This document shows positions 20,702 to 31,244 of a stretch of 64,000 nt of DNA, piece by piece. The stretch covers positions 32,001 to 96,000 of the forward strand of contig CAWDDT010000010.1 of the NCBI GenBank assembly GCA_963801165.1, given 5' to 3'. Positions within the stretch are counted from its first letter, which is position 1. Every line of letters starts with the position of its first letter. Source of the DNA: an uncultured bacterium. GTDB lineage: Bacteria; Actinomycetota; Acidimicrobiia; Spongiisociales; UBA5794. The notes beneath the pieces are model-generated. The model was not told the origin of the DNA. It ran no database searches and saw only the letters and a program-made list of their open reading frames with translations. Made by a program: the position numbers and the translations under genes.

Positions 20702-22249
20702 ATGGAGCCGTTCCGAAACGAGCCGTACTCCGACTTCACCGTCTCCGAACCACAACGCGCCTACCGGCAAGCTCTCGACGTCGTGGAGTCCAAGCTTGGC
20801 GGTCATGTACCGCTCGTGATCGGCGGCAAGCCGGTCGACACGGACGAGCGCATCGTCTCCCGCAACCCGGCCAAGCCGGAGGAAGTAGTGGGGACGACGG
20901 CATGCGCATCGGAGGCCGAGGCGCAGCTAGCGCTTGATGCGGCCACGACCGCATATGTGGACTGGTCGCGGCGGCCGTCGGCAGAACGGGCTGAGCTGGT
21001 GCACCGGATCGGAGACTTGATCGCAGAACGCAAGCTCGAGATGTCCGCGTGGATGACGCTGGAGGCCGGCAAGAACTGGGCGGAGGCGGAGGCCGATGTG
21101 GCCGAGGCAATCGACTTCTGCCGCTACTACGCCCACGAGGCCGTGCGACTCGATGAACCGGTACCCGTTCATGCATATCCCGGCGAGACGAACGAGTCGT
21201 TCCTGTTGCCGATCGGCCCGGGGGTAGTGATCCCGCCGTGGAACTTCCCGCTGGCGATTCTCGTTGGGATGACCGTAGGCCCGGTTGCCGCAGGCAACAC
21301 GGTGGTGTTGAAGCCGGCGTCCAACACCCCCGTTCTCGGAGCGCATTTCATGGACATTGCGACCGAGGCGGGACTCCCCGAGGGTGTCATCAACTTCCTG
21401 CCCGGCCCCGGTTCCGAAGTCGGCGACTTCCTGGTCGACCACTCCGCGACGCGATTCGTCAACTTCACCGGTTCCAAGGAGGTTGGGCTCCGCATCTCGG
21501 AGCGGGCGGCAGCGGTTCACCCCGGCCAGCGTTGGCTCAAGCGCGCCTACATGGAGATGGGCGGCAAAGACGGCATGATTGTCGACGAAACCGCCGACCT
21601 CGATCTGGCGGCCGACGCCATCGTGCGCAGCGCCTACGGGTACCAGGGCCAGAAGTGCTCGGCTTGTTCCCGAACGATGGTGGTGGCGTCCGTTCACGAC
21701 GATCTGCTCGATCGAGTTGTGGCGAAGGCCGCCGCGCTGGAGATCGGCCCCGCTGTCGAGAACAAACCGGTCGGGCCCGTTATCTCCGCTACCCAACGCA
21801 GGACGATCCTCGACGAAATCGAACGTGGTCGCTCAGAAGGCACCCTTGTACTCGGCGGCACCGGTGTCGACATGGACGGTGGTTACTACATCGAGCCGAC
21901 GATCTTCGCCGGAGTCGAGCCCCAGCACCGGCTGGCTCAGCACGAGATCTTCGGTCCGGTGCTGTCCTTCCTCCGTGCTGCCGACTTCGACGAGGCGCTC
22001 AGGATGGCGAACGACACCGAGTACGGGCTCACCGGTGGTCTCATCTCGAGTGACCAGGAGCGGATCGATCGGGTGATCCGTGAGTTCCACGTCGGGAACC
22101 TGTACATCAACCGCAAGATCACGGGCGCCCTGGTTGGTGTGCAGCCGTTCGGTGGGTTCAAGATGTCGGGCTCGAACGCCAAGGCAGGCGGCCCCGACTA
22201 CTTGCGCCTCTTCATGGAGATGAAGACGGTGGCGATCCGGGAACTGTGA
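20702..22249 (+). CDS. pruA: L-glutamate gamma-semialdehyde (P5C) dehydrogenase
   Basis: PFRNEP, EAIDF, PWNFP, EMGGK, GQKCSACS, EIFGP and GNLYINR motifs. Confidence 0.95.
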   Translation: MEPFRNEPYSDFTVSEPQRAYRQALDVVESKLGGHVPLVIGGKPVDTDERIVSRNPAKPEEVVGTTACASEAEAQLALDAATTAYVDWSRRPSAERAELVHRIGDLIAERKLEMSAWMTLEAGKNWAEAEADVAEAIDFCRYYAHEAVRLDEPVPVHAYPGETNESFLLPIGPGVVIPPWNFPLAILVGMTVGPVAAGNTVVLKPASNTPVLGAHFMDIATEAGLPEGVINFLPGPGSEVGDFLVDHSATRFVNFTGSKEVGLRISERAAAVHPGQRWLKRAYMEMGGKDGMIVDETADLDLAADAIVRSAYGYQGQKCSACSRTMVVASVHDDLLDRVVAKAAALEIGPAVENKPVGPVISATQRRTILDEIERGRSEGTLVLGGTGVDMDGGYYIEPTIFAGVEPQHRLAQHEIFGPVLSFLRAADFDEALRMANDTEYGLTGGLISSDQERIDRVIREFHVGNLYINRKITGALVGVQPFGGFKMSGSNAKAGGPDYLRLFMEMKTVAIREL

Positions 22250-22323
22250 GCCGCCTGTGAAATCCCCGGGGTAACGCACCGGCGGTGCGACAATGGTCCC
22301 AACCGCCTTCCCCGGGTGAACAT

Positions 22324-23499
22324 ATGGACCTACATCTCGATGGTCGCGGTCGACCGATACTGGTCGCCCTGGCGGTCGCAGCTGCGGTTGCCCTCATTGC
22401 CGTCGTGACTTCCACCGTGGGAGTCCGCACCGCCGAGGCCGCACCGGCGACGACCGTGGCACCGCAACAAACCGATCCGGCTACGTCCGCCGCGCCCGCC
22501 GGTATTGCAGCAGTGCCTGCCGGAGGTGTCGAGCTGTGGGAGGGCCCGAACCGCAACGCCTACTTCACACTCGCCGAGGGCGTCCTCCTGCCGTACCTGT
22601 ATCGCCGCGACGGCTGGCTGCTGGTGACGACGATGTGCAACGATACCGCTTGGGTCAACGCCTCCGACGTCGTGGTGGAGGACCAACAGGCGACGCCGAA
22701 GACGCCGGGGCCTGGATTCGACATCTCTCAGGCAACCATCGTCGTCGACCCCGGGCACGGATCTCGTGACTGGGGCGGAGTCGGACCGACCGGGCTGACC
22801 GAGAAGGAGACCAACCTCGACATCGCTGTCAGGGTGCAGGACCTGATGTCGGCGTCACGTGATGTCGACTGGACGACAGGAACTGTCACCGCCGGTAGCG
22901 CGGTACCCGCGTTTGGCCATGTCGTGCTCACCAGGAGCCCGGGCGGGCCCAACCAGGGGGACTACGAGCTGGGGCTCGGGTATCGGGCCACCGTCGCCGA
23001 TGCCGCCGGTGCCGATGCACTCGTGTCCATCCACGACAATACGCTGCCGCGATCTCAGACCGACATACCAGGATCCGAGGTCTATTACTCGATCGGAGCC
23101 GAGGGATCGGATCGTCTCGCCGGTTTGATCTACCAGGAGCTGCTGCTGAGCTTCTCGCCCTACGATGTCGCCTGGACCGGGGGAGAGGAGCTGGGCGCGA
23201 GAGCCCGGATCGACCCGGAGACGGGTGACGACTACTACGGTCTGCTCCGCCGGGCCACGATGCCCGCGGTGATCGTAGAGGGCGTGTACATCTCCGAGGC
23301 CGAGCAGGAGGCTCTGCTTGCCACCCCCGAGTTCCGCCAATCGTACGCCGAAGCCGTGTATCGCGGACTAGTGCGCTTTCTGACCACGAACGACAGCGGC
23401 ACGGGGGTACACGATCCCGAGATGTTCTATCAGGATGCCGGGACCGTGACCGGTAACGGATGTGAGCTTCCGGCGCAGCCGGCCGCCGCCGGTCAATAG
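22324..23499 (+). CDS. N-acetylmuramoyl-L-alanine amidase (Amidase_3), exported
   Basis: VDPGHG, EKETNL, SIH and PAVIVEG motifs, N-terminal hydrophobic segment. Confidence 0.88.
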   Translation: MDLHLDGRGRPILVALAVAAAVALIAVVTSTVGVRTAEAAPATTVAPQQTDPATSAAPAGIAAVPAGGVELWEGPNRNAYFTLAEGVLLPYLYRRDGWLLVTTMCNDTAWVNASDVVVEDQQATPKTPGPGFDISQATIVVDPGHGSRDWGGVGPTGLTEKETNLDIAVRVQDLMSASRDVDWTTGTVTAGSAVPAFGHVVLTRSPGGPNQGDYELGLGYRATVADAAGADALVSIHDNTLPRSQTDIPGSEVYYSIGAEGSDRLAGLIYQELLLSFSPYDVAWTGGEELGARARIDPETGDDYYGLLRRATMPAVIVEGVYISEAEQEALLATPEFRQSYAEAVYRGLVRFLTTNDSGTGVHDPEMFYQDAGTVTGNGCELPAQPAAAGQ

Positions 23500-23533
23500 C
23501 CGACTTGCGCTGTCAGAGCATTAGATTGGGGGG

Positions 23534-24772
23534 ATGCACAAAGCCCCCTTCGTGGTTGCGCTCGTCCTTGTGCTGACCGCATGCTCGGGCACCGAGGTAG
23601 CGCCAACGACTACGGCCGCCGAGCTGACGCCGCTACCGCCGGCGACGACACAGGTAACGACGCCCACCACAACCAGCACGACCACGACGATCGTCCCGGT
23701 TCCGCTCGGGGTGCCCGCCGACCCCGACCCACCTGCCCCCGCTCCGGAGCCGCGGTTGCTCGACGGGTTCACCGGGAGAGGGGTTGTGACCATTGCGGCC
23801 GGGGGAGCCGAGCTGTACGACGACATCGGTGGAGAGCCGTTCGTCGTCGCCCGCGAAGGTCTCATCTTCGCCGCGGAGACCATGCAGGACGACTGGATCC
23901 AGGTATTCACATCGTGCGACGCTACGGCCTGGGTGAAAGCCTCCCGGGTCCTGGCACAACCCCCGGCCGCGTCTGGCGAGATCGGAGCGGGGTTCGACTT
24001 CGGCAACGCCACCATCGTCATCGATCCGGGACACGGAGGGCCGTGGAACACCGGTGCGGCCAGCCCATCCGGGCTCGTCGAGAAGACGATCAACCTGGAC
24101 ATCGCCAGGCGGGTCGTCGATCTGCTCCGCGCGCCCCACAGTGTCGACTGGAACACGGGTGAGATCTTCGTTGGCGACGAGGTCCCGGCGGCCGGGTGGG
24201 TGCTGATCACCCGTGTCGGCGACGCCGAGACCGGGGACTACGAGGCAGGGCTGACATTTCGTTCCGAGCTGGCCAATGCCGCCAACGCCGACGCCATGGT
24301 GGCGATCCACAACAACGCCGGATGGGAGGTCCGCCTCGACCATCCCGGTTCCGACGTCTACTACCAGTCTCAGATCGTCGAGTCCCGGCGGTTTGCCAGG
24401 ATCATGGTTCAGGAGCTGCTGCGCAGCTTCTCGTCGTTCGCAGCTGACTGGGTTGGGGCGAATGTCGCAGGAGCAAAGTCCCGTCTCAGCCCGCATGAGG
24501 GTAACCCGCAGTACTACGGCATTCTTCGTCGCAGCGAGATGCCGACCGTGATCACCGAGGGTGCCTATATCGCAAACCAGTCGGAAGCCGATCTGCTGGC
24601 CACGGCGGATTTCCGTCAGGCCTACGCCACGGCCGTCTACCGGGCCCTCATCCGCTTTCTCACCACCGACGACACGGGGACGGCGAGCGACTCCGATCCG
24701 GAGATCTGGAACGGCGATGCAGGTAGCGGTGACGCACGACCGCAGTGCGTCATCCCCGAACAGGATCAGTAG
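23534..24772 (+). CDS. N-acetylmuramoyl-L-alanine amidase (Amidase_3), lipoprotein
   Basis: Lipobox LTAC, Thr/Pro linker, IDPGHGG, EKTINL, AIHNN and PTVITEG motifs. Confidence 0.88.
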   Translation: MHKAPFVVALVLVLTACSGTEVAPTTTAAELTPLPPATTQVTTPTTTSTTTTIVPVPLGVPADPDPPAPAPEPRLLDGFTGRGVVTIAAGGAELYDDIGGEPFVVAREGLIFAAETMQDDWIQVFTSCDATAWVKASRVLAQPPAASGEIGAGFDFGNATIVIDPGHGGPWNTGAASPSGLVEKTINLDIARRVVDLLRAPHSVDWNTGEIFVGDEVPAAGWVLITRVGDAETGDYEAGLTFRSELANAANADAMVAIHNNAGWEVRLDHPGSDVYYQSQIVESRRFARIMVQELLRSFSSFAADWVGANVAGAKSRLSPHEGNPQYYGILRRSEMPTVITEGAYIANQSEADLLATADFRQAYATAVYRALIRFLTTDDTGTASDSDPEIWNGDAGSGDARPQCVIPEQDQ

Positions 24773-24813
24773 CGACAACCGCCTTGGCGTGTCTGTGTCC
24801 GCCCTCGTTCAGC

Positions 24814-26187
24814 TCACTCGCGGAAGATCCAGCCACGCTGCTCGGCGAGTTCCCTTGCTTCCTCGTCGGTCATCCGCACGACGGCGCCGTAGCGGAGGCT
24901 GCCGCGCTCGATCATCCGGACGAACGCCTCGACCATGTCGGGATCGAACTGGGCGCCGGCGCCTTCGCGGAGTTCGTTGAACGCTTCGTCCTGGGTGAGC
25001 GCCATCCGGTAGGGCCGGTTGCTGGTCATGGCGTCGAAGGCATCGGCGATCGCAAGGACTCGCGACTCTTGTTTTGGAGTGTCGCCTTCGCTCGTGTGCG
25101 AGCCGTGGTACCCGCCTCCGTCGAAGTGAGCGTGATGGTCCGACGCGATGCGGACCAGTGGGTGGAGCCATTCGACGTCGTTGAGCAGCGCATCGATATG
25201 GTGGACGTGGCCGCGCATAGTCGCCGTTTCCTCGGGTGTGAGACGTCCCCGCTTCTTGAGGAGATCGCGTGGCACGGCCAGCTTGCCGAGGTCGTGGATG
25301 AGGGCCGAGTGGCGAATCCGCTCCTGCATATCACCACCGAGCCCGAGCTCCTGGGCGAGTTGGACTGCGAATCTGGCTACACGCTCGGTGTGGCCTCGTG
25401 TGTAGAGGTCCTTGGCCTCCAGCGTCTTGACCAGCGTTGCCAGCATGCCCTCGCGGGCAACTCGCAGCTTGGCCAACGAGGCGTAGAACAGCCGGCTCAT
25501 CAGCAACATGCCGATGACCAGGATCAGCATGGCGTTGTAGGTGCCATGATCGGCCGCATAACTGATATATGCGTACCCAAGGAGGCCGCCTACGGCTCCG
25601 AGTCCTACGAAGCTGAGGAGGATCTGTGCGAGATTGGACCAGGGCCCAGCGAGTTTGGATCCGTACACCTGTCGGATCGCAGTACGAGTGATGACCACGC
25701 TCGCAAAGTCAGCGAAACCCGCGGCGAGCGCTCCAGCGGCGACGAATCGCCACATCGGTAACGCGTTCAAGTCACCTGGGAGCATGACGGCGAGGGTGAG
25801 TGCTGCGGTTCCTGCGTTGATCGTGCCGATGCCCAGATTGGCGACAGGTTCAAACACCCTTCGTTGGGCGAAGTCTCGTGGCTGGAGAAAACCGACGACT
25901 GCCATCGCCAGCAGCCCGCCAGCTGCATTAGCGGGCCCGAGCGCGATCCCGGCAGTTGCGAGGACAGCGGCACTGGACGAAGTCATCATCCGGTCGTTGA
26001 CTTCGACCGCATAGAACTCGAGTGCAAGAAACGTGGCCGCAAAGACCGCCCACAGCCCCACGTGTTCCGGGAACCCGTATGCGTAGATCGTGCCTGCCGG
26101 TAAGGCAGCGCCTACCAAGCCGAGGAGCGCACCGTAGATGCGCTTGCGTCGGCGTTGGACTGGATAGGGGGTTTCGTAGAAGGCCAT
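24814..26187 (-). CDS. membrane-anchored HD-GYP phosphodiesterase
   Basis: Multiple TM segments, then KDLYTRGH..RV, HDLGK, HH...DGGGY and ADAFDAMTS.RPYR. Confidence 0.9.
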   Translation of the reverse strand: MAFYETPYPVQRRRKRIYGALLGLVGAALPAGTIYAYGFPEHVGLWAVFAATFLALEFYAVEVNDRMMTSSSAAVLATAGIALGPANAAGGLLAMAVVGFLQPRDFAQRRVFEPVANLGIGTINAGTAALTLAVMLPGDLNALPMWRFVAAGALAAGFADFASVVITRTAIRQVYGSKLAGPWSNLAQILLSFVGLGAVGGLLGYAYISYAADHGTYNAMLILVIGMLLMSRLFYASLAKLRVAREGMLATLVKTLEAKDLYTRGHTERVARFAVQLAQELGLGGDMQERIRHSALIHDLGKLAVPRDLLKKRGRLTPEETATMRGHVHHIDALLNDVEWLHPLVRIASDHHAHFDGGGYHGSHTSEGDTPKQESRVLAIADAFDAMTSNRPYRMALTQDEAFNELREGAGAQFDPDMVEAFVRMIERGSLRYGAVVRMTDEEARELAEQRGWIFRE

Positions 26188-26860
26188 AGTTGGACGTAGG
26201 CACCAACAGTAGACAGAATCGTGGAGGGTCGGGTCGAGATTCGCGGTGGGTCAGCCGATCTTGACGCCGTAGCCAATCTTGACACCCTGCATGAGATCAC
26301 GTCCGATCAGGTTTCTCCGTGTGAAACATGGTTTTACACAGGGGTATTGCGCTTCGCTCGGAAAGGATCACCCGGCCCGGACCGCTCCACAAACCTTCAT
26401 TGTCTAGGTGCCGATCATGCCCCATGCCAGAGAAAACGCTGTGCGAGTTCTCTGGTTTCCGCCCGTAGACCTCAAGTATGTTGCTGTGAGATTAAGTGAC
26501 TTCGTGTTCTTAATGCAAGAATGCTTTTCGCGGCAGACAGAATATGGAGTGATTTGCTGTTGTTTTGAGCAGGATGCGCCGTGTCCAGTCGGCGCCGGCG
26601 TCGCTAGAAGTCCCCGGAATAACGGTCGCGGGCGACAACGGTGTCGTCGGGGAGTTGCAGGATCACAGTGTCCCCGCCGTTGGACCCTACGGGACCGTCG
26701 GCGCAGCCGTCCGTACTGGTAGGTGTCCTCGCCGTCGGCGACGAGGGTTGGGTCACCGGCGGCGAGTAGCCGTTCCAGTTTGCTCCTAGCGGCGTCGAGC
26801 AGCGCGGCGAGCGCGAGTGACCTCATCTCGGGAGCGTAGGCGCGGGCAGGTACGGAGGCC

Positions 26861-27280
26861 TTACTGCTCGAGCGGTTGTCCGGCCGAATACCATGCCTGG
26901 ATGCCGCCGTCGAGCTCGTATACCTCCTGGAACCCGATCGAGTCCATCAGCGGCAGGGCATTGGCCGAGCGGTTGCCCGAGTTGCAGTACATCACGTATG
27001 GCACTTGGAGGTCGAGCGTGCGCAGCTTCTGTTCGAAGTCGGGGGAGTAGTAGTCGATATTGATGGCGCCGGGAATATGCCCGGCGGCAAACTCGTCAGG
27101 TGTGCGAATGTCGAGAATCAGCAGACCATCGGGCGGTGATGCGACGATGTCGGCCACGTCCGACACGGCGGTCAGCTCCAGCCTCGCCTTGGTTGCGGCT
27201 GAGCCACCGGTGTCACCGCATGCACCGAGCAGGAGAACAGCGGCGAGCAGGGCGGCGACGGGGGCGTATATCTGTCTCAT
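26861..27280 (-). CDS. rhodanese-like lipoprotein
   Basis: Lipobox LGAC, DIRTPDEF..GHIPGA and YCNSGNRS motifs. Confidence 0.88.
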   Translation of the reverse strand: MRQIYAPVAALLAAVLLLGACGDTGGSAATKARLELTAVSDVADIVASPPDGLLILDIRTPDEFAAGHIPGAINIDYYSPDFEQKLRTLDLQVPYVMYCNSGNRSANALPLMDSIGFQEVYELDGGIQAWYSAGQPLEQ

Positions 27281-27576
27281 GTGGCAAGTCCGATGGCGAT
27301 GAGTCCGCCCTTCAGGTTGGCGGCACGGTATCCGTTTCGTTGCAAGAAGCCCGCAGCCATCATGCTGCGGTTGCCCGAGCGGCACACCACGAGGATCGGT
27401 CGGTCGACATCGAAGCGACTCAGGCTGCCCGGCAGGAACGCCAGCGAGACCGCAAGGCTTTCCGGGAGCATGCCCTGTGCCCACTCGTTTGGCTCGCGCA
27501 CGTCGAGCAGGATCCCATCGTTCTGATCGAGCCACGTTTCCCAGTCACCCGCGGCGACCTGCTCGATGGGGTTCAT
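27277..27576 (-). CDS. rhodanese-like protein
   Basis: DVREPNEW, VCRSGNRS and NLKGG motifs. Confidence 0.88.
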   Translation of the reverse strand: MNPIEQVAAGDWETWLDQNDGILLDVREPNEWAQGMLPESLAVSLAFLPGSLSRFDVDRPILVVCRSGNRSMMAAGFLQRNGYRAANLKGGLIAIGLAT

Positions 27577-27703
27577 TTGCCAGCCACGCACAGCAACTCC
27601 TTGATTCTGCGGCGGCCGAATCTACCACAGCACGCATGCGTAGATTCGCATATGCGCGGTCGTAACCGCGGGCTGTCCCGGGCGGGTCCTGGTGACCAAG
27701 CGC

Positions 27704-27717
27704 AGTACTATAGTACT
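27704..27717. promoter_or_regulatory. palindrome AGTACTATAGTACT, putative RHH operator
   Basis: Perfect AT-rich palindrome 8 nt upstream of the RHH gene start. Confidence 0.55.
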
Positions 27718-27725
27718 ATAAGACT

Positions 27726-27884
27726 ATGGCTGAAGAGGTGAAGCAATTCAAGGTCTACCTGTCTTCGGACCTGATCCGCCTGTTGAAGCACGCCGCGGTC
27801 GAAACCGAGCAGTCGCTCTCTTCGTTCGTGGCCGACGCGATCCGGGCGTACCTCGACCAGCTGAGTGCGGAACGAGACTCATGA
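27726..27884 (+). CDS. CopG/ribbon-helix-helix regulator (52 aa, below the ORF-track cutoff)
   Basis: MAEEVKQFKVYLSSDLIRLLKHAAVETEQSLSSFVADAIRAYLDQLSAERDS* has a beta-strand-helix-helix pattern. Confidence 0.85.
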   Translation: MAEEVKQFKVYLSSDLIRLLKHAAVETEQSLSSFVADAIRAYLDQLSAERDS

Positions 27885-27899
27885 ACGGGAGGTCTGGCG

Positions 27900-28253
27900 A
27901 TGGCAGTTGATGGGATCGAGTATCTCTACCTGGAGACCCGGAACTGGGGGAAAAGCGTTAAGTTCTGGCAACGCCTCGGCTGGAAGCTGGTGCTCGACCT
28001 GGGCAGTTCCGGACGGCTCGAGCCACCGGGCGGAGGTCCCGGAGTGTTTCTCGAGGAGGTGTCGCCCGAAGCGCCGCTAGCCGAGGGTGTCTACCTGCGC
28101 CTCAACGATTCCGAGGCGCCGATCAGTCCACCGGTTGACCTCGTAGGAACGCCCATCGCCAGCCACTGGGGCACAACGCTGTACACGATCCGCGACCCCG
28201 ACGGACGGGAGTTCGTCCTCCAATACACACCCGATCGGTCCGAAACGGGCTAG
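27900..28253 (+). CDS. VOC/glyoxalase family protein
   Basis: FWQRLGW and HWGT...RDPDGR motifs. Confidence 0.85.
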   Translation: MAVDGIEYLYLETRNWGKSVKFWQRLGWKLVLDLGSSGRLEPPGGGPGVFLEEVSPEAPLAEGVYLRLNDSEAPISPPVDLVGTPIASHWGTTLYTIRDPDGREFVLQYTPDRSETG

Positions 28254-29527
28254 AACTGAGCCTCCTCGGTCGACCCGGTGAGCGCAAGTGTGGAGGCCTT
28301 GCCGGCGCTGATGGCGGTCGCAACCAGGTCGAAGTACCCGGCGCCCACCTCCCGCTGATGCCTGGTCGCCGTGTAGCCGGAAGATTCCATGGCGAACTCC
28401 TCCTCCTGGAGCCGGACGTAAGCCGACATGCCGTCTGCCACATAACCTCTGGCCAGGTCGAACATGGCCGCGTTCAGGGCGTGGAATCCCGCCAGGGTGA
28501 TGAACTGGAAGCGATAACCCATCGCTCCCAGCTCCTTCTGGAAGGAGGCGATCTGGTCGTCGCTCAGGTGCGCCCTCCAGTTGAACGATGGTGAGCAGTT
28601 GTACGCCAGCATCTTGTCCGGGTACTCCGCCTTGATGGCGGCGGCGAAACGGGCAGCCTCACCGAGATCGGGCACGGACGTCTCGCACCAGATGAGGTCG
28701 GCGTACGGTGCGTACGCCAGGCCACGTGCGATGGCCGCATCCGGGCCGTTGCGTACGGCGTAGAAGCCTTCGCTGGTGCGTTCCCCCGTGAGGAACGGCC
28801 GGTCGACGTCGTCGATGTCGCTGGTGAGCAACGTTGCCGCCAGCGAGTCGGTACGGGCGACGATGAGCGTGGGCACACCCAGCACGTCGGCGGCGAGACG
28901 CGCCGAGGTCAGGGTCCGCACGTGTTGGGAGGTCGGCACCAACACCTTTCCCCCCATATGGCCGCACTTCTTCTCAGCGGCGAGCTGATCCTCGTAGTGG
29001 ATTCCGGCCGCGCCGGCGGTGATGAGGCTCTTGGCCAGCTCGAAGGCATTCAGGTTGCCACCGAACCCGGCTTCTGCGTCGGCGACGATCGGGAGGAAGA
29101 AGTTGTGATCACGTCTGCCTTCGGCCCATTCCACCTCGTCGAGCCGGGTGAAAGCGTTGTTGATGCGACGCACCAGCGACGGTGCCGAGTTGGCCGGGTA
29201 GAGAGACTGGTCGGGATAGACCTGCTCGGCGAGGTTGGCGTCTCCGGCCACCTGCCACCCCGACAGGTAGATAGCCTGTAAACCCGCCTTGGCCATCTGC
29301 ACGGCCTGCATGCCGGTCATCGCACCGAGTGCGTTGACGTAGTCCTCGGTGGCGAGAAGGTCCCATAGCCGCACGGCGCCACGCTCGGCGAGAGTGTGCG
29401 CCACCGTGAACGACCCCTGGAGGCGGACCACGTCTTCGGGCGTGTAGTCCCTGGTCACACCGTTCCAGCGCGGGTTGTTCGCCCAATCGTTGCGGATCGA
29501 CTCGACCCGCTCTTCGAACGTGTTCAT
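28250..29527 (-). CDS. aceA: isocitrate lyase
   Basis: [30 protein letters not shown] and HQREVG motifs. Confidence 0.98.
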   Translation of the reverse strand: MNTFEERVESIRNDWANNPRWNGVTRDYTPEDVVRLQGSFTVAHTLAERGAVRLWDLLATEDYVNALGAMTGMQAVQMAKAGLQAIYLSGWQVAGDANLAEQVYPDQSLYPANSAPSLVRRINNAFTRLDEVEWAEGRRDHNFFLPIVADAEAGFGGNLNAFELAKSLITAGAAGIHYEDQLAAEKKCGHMGGKVLVPTSQHVRTLTSARLAADVLGVPTLIVARTDSLAATLLTSDIDDVDRPFLTGERTSEGFYAVRNGPDAAIARGLAYAPYADLIWCETSVPDLGEAARFAAAIKAEYPDKMLAYNCSPSFNWRAHLSDDQIASFQKELGAMGYRFQFITLAGFHALNAAMFDLARGYVADGMSAYVRLQEEEFAMESSGYTATRHQREVGAGYFDLVATAISAGKASTLALTGSTEEAQF

Positions 29528-29543
29528 TTCGTCTCCTCCGTGG

Positions 29544-31127
29544 TCAGTCGATCAGCTCGTAAGCGGGCAGGGTCAAGAATTCCGGGAACTCGTCGGAAAT
29601 GGCGACGTCCTCGAGAAGTCGCCTCGCTTCCTCGAAGCGGCCCGCGGCAAAGTTCGTCTCGCCGTGTTCGGCTCGCATTCCAGCCAGCACCTCATCCGCA
29701 ATCCGGTGGATCGAGGACGCGGTGACCGGTGTTCCCTCCGCGGTGACGGCGTCGTTGTGCAGCCACTGCCAGAGTTGGGAGCGGGAGATCTCGGCGGTAG
29801 CGGCGTCCTCCATCAGGTTGTAGATGCCGACTGCACCGTTCCCCCTCAGCCATGAGGCCAGGTATTGGATCGCCACGTCGACGTTCATGTGCACGCCGGC
29901 GTCGGTGATTGTCCCGCCGGGCACCGTGACATCGAGCAGATCGTCGGCGCTCACCGCGACGTCGTCGCGCTGTCGCTCGATCTGGTTGGGCCGGTCTCCG
30001 AGGACCTCGGTGAACACCTCGTCGGCCAGAGGCACGAGATCGGGGTGAGCGACCCAGGTACCGTCGTGGCCGTTCCGGGACTCGAGCTCCTTGTCGGCAC
30101 GGACCTTGGCGAACGCCTTGCGGTTCACGTCCTCGTCGCGGCGGCTCGGGATGAACGCCGCCATGCCACCCATGGCGTGTGCGCCCCGCTTGTGGCACGT
30201 CTTGATCAGCAGCTCGGTGTACGACTTCATGAACGGGACCGTCATCGTCACCTGAGAACGGTCGGGGAGCACCATCTCGGGCCGGTTGCGGAACTTCTTG
30301 ATGATGGAGAACTGGTAGTCCCAGCGGCCGGCGTTGAGACCAGCCGAATGCTCACGCAGCTCGAACAGGATCTCCTCCATCTCGAAGGCCGCGAGGATCG
30401 TCTCGATCAGGACGGTCGCCCGGATGGTTCCTCGATCGATGCCGAGCATGTCCTGGGCGGTGACGAACACGTCATTCCACAGTCGGGCCTCTTGATGGCT
30501 CTCCAGCTTGGGGAGGTAAAAGTAAGGGCCGGTGCCGCGCTCGATCAGCTCGATGGCGTTGTGGAAGAAATAGAGCCCGAAGTCGAAAAGACTGCCGGAG
30601 ATCGGCCGGTTGCCCACGACAACGTGCTTCTCCGGGAGGTGCCACCCCCGGGGCCGCACCATGAGCGTCGCCGTATTCTCGTCGAGCCGGTACTGCTTGC
30701 CGTCGGGGGCGTCGTAGGCGATGGTTCGCCGCACCGCTTCGATGAGGTTGACCTGACCTTGCACGATGTTCGACCAGGTGGGTGAGGCGCTGTCCTCGAA
30801 GTCGGCCATGAACACCCTTGCGCCCGAGTTGAGCGCGTTGATCATCATCTTGCGTTCGACGGGTCCGGTTATCTCGACTCTGCGGTCCGTGAGATCCGTC
30901 GCAGGGGGTGCCACCCGCCAGTCACCGGAGCGGGCCTCGCTCGTGTCGGGCAGGAAGTCCGGTCGGTCGCCGTTGTCGAAGGCGATCTGACGGGTACGTC
31001 TCGCCTTGAGAAGCGCCATCCGGCGATCATCGAACCGTTCGTGAAGTGCGGCAACGAAGTCGAGAGCTTTCGGTGTCAGTACCTCTTCGTGGCGGGGTCC
31101 GGGTGGCCCGAAGATCTCGACATTCAT
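29544..31127 (-). CDS. aceB: malate synthase A
   Basis: [23 protein letters not shown] and [12 protein letters not shown] motifs. Confidence 0.97.
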   Translation of the reverse strand: MNVEIFGPPGPRHEEVLTPKALDFVAALHERFDDRRMALLKARRTRQIAFDNGDRPDFLPDTSEARSGDWRVAPPATDLTDRRVEITGPVERKMMINALNSGARVFMADFEDSASPTWSNIVQGQVNLIEAVRRTIAYDAPDGKQYRLDENTATLMVRPRGWHLPEKHVVVGNRPISGSLFDFGLYFFHNAIELIERGTGPYFYLPKLESHQEARLWNDVFVTAQDMLGIDRGTIRATVLIETILAAFEMEEILFELREHSAGLNAGRWDYQFSIIKKFRNRPEMVLPDRSQVTMTVPFMKSYTELLIKTCHKRGAHAMGGMAAFIPSRRDEDVNRKAFAKVRADKELESRNGHDGTWVAHPDLVPLADEVFTEVLGDRPNQIERQRDDVAVSADDLLDVTVPGGTITDAGVHMNVDVAIQYLASWLRGNGAVGIYNLMEDAATAEISRSQLWQWLHNDAVTAEGTPVTASSIHRIADEVLAGMRAEHGETNFAAGRFEEARRLLEDVAISDEFPEFLTLPAYELID

Positions 31128-31194
31128 GGTGCTGCTCCTCCTGTGGTTGCGCACATTCCACCACCAGCACGAAAGATAACAAGAAATGTTGCTC

Positions 31195-31214
31195 ATAAGA
31201 ACATGACTTCTTAT
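31195..31214. promoter_or_regulatory. inverted repeat ATAAGAA-N6-TTCTTAT, putative operator of the aceBA regulator
   Basis: Perfect 7-bp arms in the AT-rich divergent promoter region. Confidence 0.55.
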
Positions 31215-31244
31215 AATCTACGACACTTATGGTTAGGATTAGAC

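Noticed and set aside
26188-26600. c-di-GMP riboswitch upstream of the HD-GYP gene
   Set aside because: I could not identify the class I or class II consensus elements by eye; an Infernal scan is needed.
26404-26826. 140-aa minus-strand ORF and overlapping 104-aa plus-strand ORF
   Set aside because: No motifs and atypical composition. The first 40 or so codons of the minus ORF might be real but cannot be supported.
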